A DNA stretch of 64,000 nt from Salinivirgaceae bacterium (GTDB lineage Bacteria > Bacteroidota > Bacteroidia > Bacteroidales > SZUA-534). The position numbers and the translations under genes are program-made. The notes below the pieces were generated by a model. The model ran no database searches. It worked only from the letters and a program-made list of their open reading frames with translations, and was not told where the DNA came from. How positions within the stretch are numbered: position 1 is the stretch's first letter; each line of letters opens with the position of its first letter. This document shows positions 29,665 to 38,299 of the stretch, piece by piece. The stretch spans positions 1 through 64,000 of the forward strand of contig JAKSOL010000009.1 of assembly GCA_024405635.1 (NCBI GenBank), written 5' to 3'.

Positions 29665-29704
29665 AAAGGCTGATACATTGTTTAATGTATCAGCCTTTCT
29701 TTTG
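29665..29704 (+). terminator. Intrinsic terminator after GH43
   Basis: Perfect 15-bp stem AAAGGCTGATACATT/AATGTATCAGCCTTT then T-rich tract. Confidence 0.8.
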
Positions 29705-29795
29705 TTTGCATTTAAACATTATAGCACAACGGTCAACACACCAACGTTCAGATAAAACAATTAGTTTTGGGCACAAAAGAGCACACTAACCTTTT

Positions 29796-31288
29796 ATGAA
29801 ACTACAAAACATTTTACACAACATGCTACGCCTACAATTATTATGGGGCGCTGCAATTGTTTTCGGCCTTATTTATGGGCTACAGCGATATATTTTGTTC
29901 GATATTGAACAAACTAGGCTATTTGTATACGAATCAACAGTAATCGCAAACATTATTTCCTGCGCAGGTGGATTGTCAGACCTTGTTGCGTTGTGGCTAC
30001 AGCAGTTCTTCCGCTTCAACTTTGCGGCACCAGCAATACTCACTATTATATCGATAGTAATTACCATTAACCTTCAGTGCGTTTTCAAAAGTGTAGCAAA
30101 TAGGGCTCTCACCGTTTTTGAAGTACTTTGCAGTTGGATACCATCGATGCTTTTAGTTGCATACAATTGTTTTATTTATTCAATCACAGGGCACATTGCC
30201 TTGCTTTTTGCCACTGTTGGACTACTTGTTTACGCTAAGCACATAGTTAAATGTAAAAGCACAATTGCTTCAAGCATACTCACACTACTATTAATTTTAA
30301 CTGTAGGCTTTGTTGCATCAACTTGTGTGTGGCCAATGGTAGTTACCATGCTGATAATTAGTTATCACAAAAGCAACCGAACAAATATGATTGTGATTGC
30401 AATTTCGGCAATAATTATGGTTACTATGGCCCAGCTAACATGCGTTGCCCTCAATAGTAGCGAGTTATTTTCGCCCAATATTTTCACAATTCGCACAAGC
30501 AAACCATCGCCCATGATTTGGATTTGGATATCGTTAGTTTTGTTTGTTGCATTAGCAATTATAAAGCAATACCAAGCCGATGCCGCAAAATATATCGGCA
30601 CAATAGGGTTGCCATTTCAATAATTACACCCGTTGCCATCAACGATCAATCGGCAATTGACCTGCTTTGGTTGCAACGACAAATGGACACCGGCAACTAT
30701 AACGCTGCATACGAATTTACATACAAGCACATCAACAATGCCTACATGTCTAACATATACAGCAAATTGATGAGCATGACAGGACAAATGCAAGTTACTG
30801 TAGGAAAGACAATTGTAAACGAGGTTCAATTAATTCTGCCCGAACAAAGTGAAGCATATATCCGCCGAATGCTTATGACAAACTATTACTACTTAGGTTA
30901 TGTTAATGGCGCACAACGAATGGCTTTTGAACTAAACGAACAAACCATTGGAATGATGCGTCCCGATGCACTTATTGTACTTGCTCGCACAAATATTATT
31001 CAGGGAAATTACGCAGTGGCACAGAAATACCTTAACCATTTAAAAAACAGCCTTTTTTACAAAAAAATAGCCGAACACTACAGCAAATACTTGTGGAACG
31101 AAAAAGCTATAGCCTCAGCACCAGAATTTAGTGCTCGACGTTTGGCGCTAAACATTCCAACCATTCCCGACCGACTGATAGAACCAAAATATCTTATCAA
31201 ACAAATTGCGCAAGCATCGCCATCGCTTCCTGCAAAAATTTATTACGAAGTATATGAAGCACTAGGCGCTTACAATGTTGAAGAATAA
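29796..31288 (+). pseudogene. DUF6057-like membrane/TPR protein split by a frameshift (or sequencing indel) near 30606-30608
   Basis: ORF1 (multi-TM, EQ..LF, GGL...V...L.QF) stops at 30623; ORF2 (YYLGYVNGAQRMAFE, A.KYL..L..SLFY) continues in another frame; one extra G in GGG joins them as ...IGTIG-VAISIITP... Confidence 0.75.
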
Positions 31289-31301
31289 AGTTTTTTGAAA
31301 T

Positions 31302-32774
31302 ATGAATTTGAAACTAACCAGCATAGTTGCTACTATTTGCATTGCCCTTTGTGCATGCAATAAAAAAGGAACAATAACAGAAACCGACAACGGCAACTAC
31401 ACAATTTTTCCCGATTACAAAAATGTAACCATTCCTTGCAACATTGCCCCACTCAATTTTTCGCTTATTGATGCTCCTGACGCTGAATATGCATTATTTA
31501 TTGAAGGAAACGAGCAATCGATATGGGTGAATGCCAAAGGAAAAGATTTTTTCATTGCGTCAAACAAATGGGAAAAACTGCTGAAAAGCGAATCCGAACA
31601 CACGCTAACTTTTACAATTGCCCACAAGCAAGACAACAAATGGATTGGAAGTGCACCTTTTGTTGTTAACGTTGTTCCCGACCAAATTGACGATTACATA
31701 ACATATCGTTTAATTCCTCCAGGCTACGAAAACTGGACCAACATGGGAATATACCAGTACCAACTTTCGACATCGAAACAAACCACAATTTTTGACAACT
31801 CGCACACTGGGCTTAACTGCGTTAATTGCCACACAGTTGGCAGTCAATCGCCACAGCGCACTCTGTTGCACATGCGCGCACAAAATGGTGGCACATACAT
31901 TAATCGCAACGGACAAATTGAACGCATTGATGCTAAAACCGACTCAACAATATCGGCCTTTGTTTACCCGGCTTGGCATCCAAATGGACAATTTATTGCT
32001 TTTTCAAACAACATTACAGCTCAAACTTTCCACACATCGCACCCAAACCGAGTTGAAGTATTTGATGATGGATCGGATATAATAATGTACGATGCCGACT
32101 TTCACGAAATCTTTACATCTCCGCTACTCAAACAAGCTAACGTTTACGAAACCTTTCCAGCCTTTTCGCCCGATGGCAAGTGGCTATATTTTTGTAGCGC
32201 ACCAGCAGTTGAGCAAGTTGAGCTAAACTTTGCCAATGTACACTACTCGCTTTGCCGCATTGCTTTTGATGCCGATAGCCGAAGTTTTGGAACCACAGTT
32301 GACACAATATATAATGCCCGCATAATGGGCGGCAGCGTTTCGTTTCCTCGCATTTCGCCCGACGGACGAATGCTTGTCTTCACCTTGAGCCAATTTGGCA
32401 ACTTTAGCATTTGGCACCGCGATGCCGATTTATATGCCATCGACTTTACAAAACGCACATTACATCGAATTGACGAAATAAACTCACCCGACGTTGAAAG
32501 TTATCACTCATGGAGCAGCAACAGCCGTTGGTTAGTGTTCAGTTCGCGCCGCGACGATGGCCTATACACTCGACTCTATTTTGCATATTTCGATGCTAAT
32601 GGTCGAGCTCATAAACCATTTATGCTACCTCAACAAAATCCAGCCAAGCATTATTTGCAACTCGATTTTAGCTACAACATTCCTGAATTTATGACAGGAC
32701 CAGCCATTGTTAAAACAAAACAACTATACAAAGCATCGCAAGCTGAAATGATTGAAGCTAAATACATTTATTAA
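31302..32774 (+). CDS. TolB/PD40 beta-propeller lipoprotein with CxxCH motif
   Basis: Lipobox LCAC, IFPDY..VTIP.NIAPLNF, PD40-like repeats (WHPNG, FSPDG, ISPDG, WSSNS), CVNCH. Confidence 0.88.
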   Translation: MNLKLTSIVATICIALCACNKKGTITETDNGNYTIFPDYKNVTIPCNIAPLNFSLIDAPDAEYALFIEGNEQSIWVNAKGKDFFIASNKWEKLLKSESEHTLTFTIAHKQDNKWIGSAPFVVNVVPDQIDDYITYRLIPPGYENWTNMGIYQYQLSTSKQTTIFDNSHTGLNCVNCHTVGSQSPQRTLLHMRAQNGGTYINRNGQIERIDAKTDSTISAFVYPAWHPNGQFIAFSNNITAQTFHTSHPNRVEVFDDGSDIIMYDADFHEIFTSPLLKQANVYETFPAFSPDGKWLYFCSAPAVEQVELNFANVHYSLCRIAFDADSRSFGTTVDTIYNARIMGGSVSFPRISPDGRMLVFTLSQFGNFSIWHRDADLYAIDFTKRTLHRIDEINSPDVESYHSWSSNSRWLVFSSRRDDGLYTRLYFAYFDANGRAHKPFMLPQQNPAKHYLQLDFSYNIPEFMTGPAIVKTKQLYKASQAEMIEAKYIY

Positions 32775-32792
32775 GCCCTTCCCCCAACCAAC

Positions 32793-32834
32793 AAAAAAAC
32801 GCTCGTAAACTTTTCTGTTTACGAGCGTTTTTTT
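32793..32834. terminator. Bidirectional terminator
   Basis: A7-CGCTCGTAAAC...GTTTACGAGCG-T7. Confidence 0.85.
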
Positions 32835-32853
32835 ACTTAACACACACTTTGTT

Positions 32854-34083
32854 TTAATTCTTGCAACAACAATGTTCGTGCTGCTCATGATCGTGATTAT
32901 GTTCTTGTGCTTGATTATGGTTTTTGCAACAGCACGACTCCTTTTCACTTTCGTGAACATGCTCATGTTCATGTTCATGTTCATGCTCACCGGCACAGCA
33001 ACAATGCTCGTGCTGATGGTTATGATCCGCTCCTTCATGATTGTGAGGGTGGGTGTGATGGTGCCACAACGCATTAACCAGTAGAAGTGCTAAAACTATT
33101 GTACAAATTGTACAGAACAAACTAAACGACTCGTGGCATGTATCCACCGAACTTACTGTTGGCATAAACCACTCTGCTGGCAACAAATAATCAATTCCTA
33201 TTCCAAACAAAATACTTCCACTAATGATTGACGCCAAATAGGTTATTAATGTGCGACGACCTAATATTTTGTTTATCACCAAAATAGAAGCAACATTGCA
33301 TGCAGGCCCAGCCATAAGCAACACTAACGCTGCCCCAGGTGTTAATCCTTTTAACATTAGCGCCACTGCAATTGGAATGCTACCTGTTGCACATATATAC
33401 ATTGGTATTGCAATACAAAGCACAAGCAACATGCTCAAAAAAGTATTGTCTTTAAATACCTCAAAAAAACTATCAGGAACAAGCACTGTTATTAAGCCTG
33501 CCACTATCAAACCTACTACAAGCCATTTGCCTATATCTTCCATCATTTCAACAAAAGCATAACTCAAAGCTTCTTTCATTCTTCCAGCAAAACCATTAGC
33601 AGGTTTTGTTTTTCCACAGCCACAACCACCTACTTCAACATTCAAGTCGCCATCATCTTTTCTATTACGATTAGCAACATTCACCATTTGTCCTCCAAAA
33701 ACTGCAGTTATCAATGCGGCAAATGGTCTAATAATGGCAAAAGGCAACCCCATAAGCGAATAAGTAGCTATTATCGAATCAACTCCCGTTTGTGGCGTAG
33801 CAATCAAAAACGAAACAGCCGAGCCTTTTGAAGCTCCTTCTTTTCGCAACGACATTGCCGTTGGAATAACTCCGCACGAACACAATGGCAAAGGAATGCC
33901 AAACAATGCCGCGTAAATAACCGAACTTAAACTATTGCCCGACAAATACTTACTATAAAGATTCCCGGGGATAAAAGCATGCATCAATCCTGCAAGCAAA
34001 AAACCTAAAAGAAGATACGGAGACATTTCGTTTACTATCTCCAAAATTTCAGATAAAACATTAATTAAACTTTCCATATACAT
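32854..34083 (-). CDS. DUF318/SO_0444-type metal permease with His/Cys-rich tail
   Basis: PLPLCSCGVIP, FLIATPQTGVDS, PMYICATGSIP; C-terminal HEHEHEHEH and CCC clusters. Confidence 0.9.
   Translation of the reverse strand: MYMESLINVLSEILEIVNEMSPYLLLGFLLAGLMHAFIPGNLYSKYLSGNSLSSVIYAALFGIPLPLCSCGVIPTAMSLRKEGASKGSAVSFLIATPQTGVDSIIATYSLMGLPFAIIRPFAALITAVFGGQMVNVANRNRKDDGDLNVEVGGCGCGKTKPANGFAGRMKEALSYAFVEMMEDIGKWLVVGLIVAGLITVLVPDSFFEVFKDNTFLSMLLVLCIAIPMYICATGSIPIAVALMLKGLTPGAALVLLMAGPACNVASILVINKILGRRTLITYLASIISGSILFGIGIDYLLPAEWFMPTVSSVDTCHESFSLFCTICTIVLALLLVNALWHHHTHPHNHEGADHNHQHEHCCCAGEHEHEHEHEHVHESEKESCCCKNHNQAQEHNHDHEQHEHCCCKN
32958..32989. repeat. Hexanucleotide tandem repeat CATG(T/C)T encoding (HE)n
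   Basis: catgct catgtt catgtt catgtt catgct ca. Confidence 0.8.
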
Positions 34084-34133
34084 ATTATTTTAAGTGTGTC
34101 AATCAAAAACCGACGCAAAGAAACACTCCAATT

Positions 34134-34152
34134 TTTGCAACTCAGTTGCAAA
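34134..34152. promoter_or_regulatory. Palindromic operator candidate TTTGCAAC-tca-GTTGCAAA
   Basis: Perfect 8-bp arms between the divergent permease and Fur-family genes. Confidence 0.65.
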
Positions 34153-34206
34153 GTGAACCCTCACTCATATTTTAACCACACTATATATAATAGCACACTA
34201 AACCTT

Positions 34207-34214
34207 TATCTTTG
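34207..34214 (+). promoter_or_regulatory. -7 promoter element TATCTTTG immediately before the Fur-family ATG
   Basis: Exact TAnnTTTG, ATG 4 nt downstream. Confidence 0.6.
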
Positions 34215-34218
34215 CCAC

Positions 34219-34626
34219 ATGAACAACAAACAAATAGAAAACATTTTATCAGGAAACGGCATACATCCTACAGCAGTGCGCGTAGTAGTATGGAACGCCA
34301 TAGCCGACAAGCACGAGCCGTTTACCCTAAAAGATGCCGAACAATGGCTACCCTACACCGACCGCAGTAGCATATTTAGAACCCTAAAACTCTTTGCCGA
34401 CCAACATTTGCTACACGAACTTGACGACGGCTCGGGCATACGCAAGTATTGTTTATGCAGATGCGAGTCGAAGCAACATATAGGCCATGTTCACTTTACT
34501 TGCACTAGTTGTGGGAAAACATTTTGCCTTGACAATTGCCACATACCAAGCGTTATATTACCCAAAGGATATACACAACACGAAGCCGAGTACTTAATAA
34601 AAGGTATATGCAGCAATTGCCAATAA
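34219..34626 (+). CDS. Fur-family transcriptional regulator
   Basis: PTAVR, DRSSIFRTL..F, HVHFTCTSCG, C-terminal CSNC; start moved to ATG 34219. Confidence 0.9.
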   Translation: MNNKQIENILSGNGIHPTAVRVVVWNAIADKHEPFTLKDAEQWLPYTDRSSIFRTLKLFADQHLLHELDDGSGIRKYCLCRCESKQHIGHVHFTCTSCGKTFCLDNCHIPSVILPKGYTQHEAEYLIKGICSNCQ

Positions 34627-34872
34627 ATATTTTAAGGCAGAAATCATAAAATTCAAAAACCATTATCAATAAATAGGCAAACAACCGTAAATGGTCAAAC
34701 GCATTATAAATTAATAGATTACGCAAACAACATAAAAAGCAACAAAATACTCCACCCAAAAAAACGCTCTATTGGTCCAAAAAAAGCAAATATTTCTTGC
34801 ATAAGAGAACAAATAGTAGTTATTTCGACCCGTTAAAAATTTATTTATTAAACCTTTTAAAAACTTTAAACA

Positions 34873-35859
34873 ATGAAGAAATTCGTTTTTGGTGCTTTGG
34901 CACTATGCGCATTGGCATTCGTTTCTTGTAAAGACGACGATGACAAAAAAAAAGAAGAAGTAAAAGTAACCATTAAAGAGGCTACTCTTTCTTTGAAAGT
35001 TGGTGAAACAGCAACTTTGACTGTAACCCCAGCTGACGCAGCTTTGACATCAAACAATGCTGAAGTTGCAACTGTTGACGCTAAGGGCGTTGTAACTGCT
35101 GTCGCTGCTGGTGAGGCTGTAATCACAGCTACCAAAGGTGACAAAAAAGCAGAATGCAAAGTAACCGTTACTGCTAAAGGTGAAGAAACTCCAGAAGATC
35201 CAAAAGATCCAAATGGAGCTAAAAGTAGCATCGGTAATGTTGATGGTGTAGTTCCTGGCGGTGAAGTAAAAGAGCAAGAGGTTTACATGTCAGTATCTGG
35301 TAACCCAGAGCCAACTGCTCAAAAAATCAACATCGAGGCTGGTTCTTTCGATGCAAAAGGTATCGTTAAAGTTGTTTTGACTTCAACTGCTGACGGTTCA
35401 TACTGGAAAGAAGACGGTAGCGCATTCGCAGGTCGTGAGGAAGACGTTCCAACATTTGAGAACGTATATGTTTGCCCAACAACCGATATGGCTGCTAACC
35501 CATGGGATAACCAATTCTTCATCCAATGCACTGAAGATGGTTGGGCTGCTGGTGAGACCCACAAAGTATCTTACTTCATCGGTACACTACAAGCAACTCC
35601 ATTTGTAACAGAAGCTTCTGATGGTTCAGACTCTACCTACTACAAATCAATCGGTGCACAATGCCACACTAACGTAGGTGATTACAAACACTGGAAGGGT
35701 GCTGGTAACGGCCAATGCATCGTTGACGGTAAATGGCACAAAATCGACGTAGATTACACTGTTGATGCTGACGCTGATGGTATGAAAACATTCGCATTCA
35801 ACTTGAATGATCCAGCTCCAGCTAACATCTTCTTCTTCACTGAGATCTCTGTTGAGTAA
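34873..35859 (+). CDS. Surface lipoprotein: Ig-like (Big_2) domain plus CBM4-like domain
   Basis: Lipobox FVSC followed by KDDDD; S.N.EVATVD..G.VTAV..G.A.ITAT Ig motif; WDNQFFI and QCH...GDYKHW motifs. Confidence 0.75.
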   Translation: MKKFVFGALALCALAFVSCKDDDDKKKEEVKVTIKEATLSLKVGETATLTVTPADAALTSNNAEVATVDAKGVVTAVAAGEAVITATKGDKKAECKVTVTAKGEETPEDPKDPNGAKSSIGNVDGVVPGGEVKEQEVYMSVSGNPEPTAQKINIEAGSFDAKGIVKVVLTSTADGSYWKEDGSAFAGREEDVPTFENVYVCPTTDMAANPWDNQFFIQCTEDGWAAGETHKVSYFIGTLQATPFVTEASDGSDSTYYKSIGAQCHTNVGDYKHWKGAGNGQCIVDGKWHKIDVDYTVDADADGMKTFAFNLNDPAPANIFFFTEISVE

Positions 35860-35889
35860 TCTCTATCTTTAGAAGATTAAGTAATACGG

Positions 35890-35926
35890 CTCGCCCTTCG
35901 TTTTGCAACGAAGGGCGAGTTTTTTT
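35890..35926 (+). terminator. Intrinsic terminator
   Basis: CTCGCCCTTCGTT...AACGAAGGGCGAG then T7. Confidence 0.88.
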
Positions 35927-36066
35927 ATGCACATTTTTGAAATATGCCACGTTCTCAATGTGTTATTGCCAAACTATTAAAAGCAGACCAAGCGATATGT
36001 ATTTGGCAAAATTTTAACACCTTTGACACACTTATAAAAACATTATCTTTATTAAACTAAAACACA

Positions 36067-37605
36067 ATGACACTAACAAAGTATCTGGCAATAGCAACGG
36101 CTGCGTTGCTCGTTTCGTGCACAGCAAACAACATCACACCTATTACTACAATTAGCACCGGAGCAATTGAAGGAGTTTACTCCGAAGGTGTATATGCATT
36201 CAAAGGCATACCGTATGCAAAAGCTAAACGTTTTCAACCTGCTGAGGTGGCCGACTCGTGGACAGATACTTTAAAATGCACAGAATATGGGCCATGGGCT
36301 AAACAAGCCGAAAACGATGGTCGCTCAGTTGAAGGCAAAGGCGACTTTATGGTAAATGTTTGGACTACAGGACTAAACGATGGAGGCAAACGCCCAATTA
36401 TGTTTTGGATTCATGGTGGAGGTTTTTCATTTGGTTCTGCCAACGCCGACCCTACCGATGGCGTTCATCTTGCTCAAAAAAATGTTGTTGTGGTAAGCAT
36501 CAACCACCGTTTAGATGTTATGGGATTTTTAGACCTTTCGGCTTTTGGAGGAAAATGGGAAAACTCGGTGAATGTTGGCATGACCGACATTATTGCTGCA
36601 TTAAAATGGACCCAAACAAATGCCGAAACATTTGGTGGCGACGCTAACAACATTACAATTTTTGGAGAATCGGGCGGTGGCGGCAAGGTTGGCACTTTGC
36701 TATGCATGCCCGAAGCTAAAGGGCTATTTAGCAAAGCTATTATTCAAAGTGGCGCAAAAATCAACATAACAAATAGCGAAATATCAAAACAACTTGGCAA
36801 AAACGTAGTAGCAGAATTGGGGTTGTCGGCCGAAACCTTAGACCAAATACAAACCATTAGCTACGACACTCTGCTAAAAGTAAGCCGAAAATGCCAAGCC
36901 GAAATACTTGGACCACGAGCACCTGGCAGTGTTAAAATGTGGGGATTTTGCCCTACTGCCGATGGCAAAACTCTTTTGCAGCAACCTTACACACCAGGAT
37001 TTGCTAATCTTGCCAACAATGTTCCAATTATGATAGGCACAACGTTTAACGAACTTGAACGTAAATACTATACCGACACAACACTAACCCAAGCAAAAGC
37101 CGACTCAATTCTAGAAAAACGATATGGAGACCAAAAAGAAGAGTTTGTTGCAGCATTTAAACAAGCATACCCTACTCGTAACTTAGCCGATATGCTTGGC
37201 ATTGATGGCAATATACGCGCATTTACTTTAAATACCGCTGATGCAAAATCGGCAGTTGAGGGTGGCGCCCCTGTTTACGTTTACTTGCTTACTTGGGTGA
37301 GCGACATTGACGAGGGCGGCAGCGGTTGCTATCACTCACTCGACATTCCACTTTGCTTTAACAACCCATACGACGAACGTTACCAAGTAAAAGCAGGCGA
37401 CGAAAAGGCCCGCATTGTAGCCGACCGAATGAGCAACCTTTGGGTAAGTTTTGCAAAAAACGGCACCCCAACTTCTAATGGAGTTCCAACATGGACTCCA
37501 TACACAAAAGAAAACGGAGCAACCTTGATTATTGACAATCAGTTTGAAATGAAAAACAACTTTGACCGCGAATTACAAAACATTCTCTTTTCAAAGTTGA
37601 AATAA
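36067..37605 (+). CDS. Type-B carboxylesterase, lipoprotein
   Basis: FKGIPYA, WIHGGGF, FGESGGG, GTTFNE, H.LDIP. Confidence 0.92.
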   Translation: MTLTKYLAIATAALLVSCTANNITPITTISTGAIEGVYSEGVYAFKGIPYAKAKRFQPAEVADSWTDTLKCTEYGPWAKQAENDGRSVEGKGDFMVNVWTTGLNDGGKRPIMFWIHGGGFSFGSANADPTDGVHLAQKNVVVVSINHRLDVMGFLDLSAFGGKWENSVNVGMTDIIAALKWTQTNAETFGGDANNITIFGESGGGGKVGTLLCMPEAKGLFSKAIIQSGAKINITNSEISKQLGKNVVAELGLSAETLDQIQTISYDTLLKVSRKCQAEILGPRAPGSVKMWGFCPTADGKTLLQQPYTPGFANLANNVPIMIGTTFNELERKYYTDTTLTQAKADSILEKRYGDQKEEFVAAFKQAYPTRNLADMLGIDGNIRAFTLNTADAKSAVEGGAPVYVYLLTWVSDIDEGGSGCYHSLDIPLCFNNPYDERYQVKAGDEKARIVADRMSNLWVSFAKNGTPTSNGVPTWTPYTKENGATLIIDNQFEMKNNFDRELQNILFSKLK

Positions 37606-37630
37606 CCAAAACTCAACACTTTGCTCAACA

Positions 37631-38296
37631 ATGTTCAAATACATTCTTTTTGACCTTGATGGTACACTAACCGACCCTAAAATAGGTATTACAACTTGTG
37701 TACAATATGCTCTTGCGTCATTTGGAATACACGAACCTTGTCTTGATAAACTTGAACCGTTTATTGGTCCGCCACTAAAAGATAGTTTCATGCAGTTTTA
37801 CGGCATGAACGAACAAGATGCGTGGCTTGCATGCGAAAAATACCACGAACGTTTTGATGTTTTAGGAATTTTTGAAAACGAAATATATCCCGGCATTGCA
37901 ACAATGCTAGAACATCTTTGTGCATCGGGCAAAAAGTTAGCCATAGCATCAAGTAAACCCACCGACTTGGTTGAGCGAATATTACAACACTTTAACATTG
38001 CCCAATATTTTACGCATGTTGTTGGAAGCGAGAATAGAGGAAAAATACGCGGCACAAAACAAGAAGTGGTGAAAGAAGCCCTATGCCGATTACTTGGCAA
38101 TGAATTTAACAACATCAGCAAAAACAACATTGCCATGGTTGGCGACCGCAAATTTGATATTGAAGGAGCAAAAGCCTTTGGGTTAACAAGCATTGGTGTA
38201 TCGTTTGGATACGCCGCACCATGTGAACTTGAAACCGCCGGGGCCGATTTTATAGTTAACTCAGTTAACCAACTACAACATATTTTAAATCAGTAA
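37631..38296 (+). CDS. HAD-family phosphatase
   Basis: FDLDGTL, ASSK, MVGDRKFD. Confidence 0.92.
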   Translation: MFKYILFDLDGTLTDPKIGITTCVQYALASFGIHEPCLDKLEPFIGPPLKDSFMQFYGMNEQDAWLACEKYHERFDVLGIFENEIYPGIATMLEHLCASGKKLAIASSKPTDLVERILQHFNIAQYFTHVVGSENRGKIRGTKQEVVKEALCRLLGNEFNNISKNNIAMVGDRKFDIEGAKAFGLTSIGVSFGYAAPCELETAGADFIVNSVNQLQHILNQ

Positions 38297-38299
38297 TAT

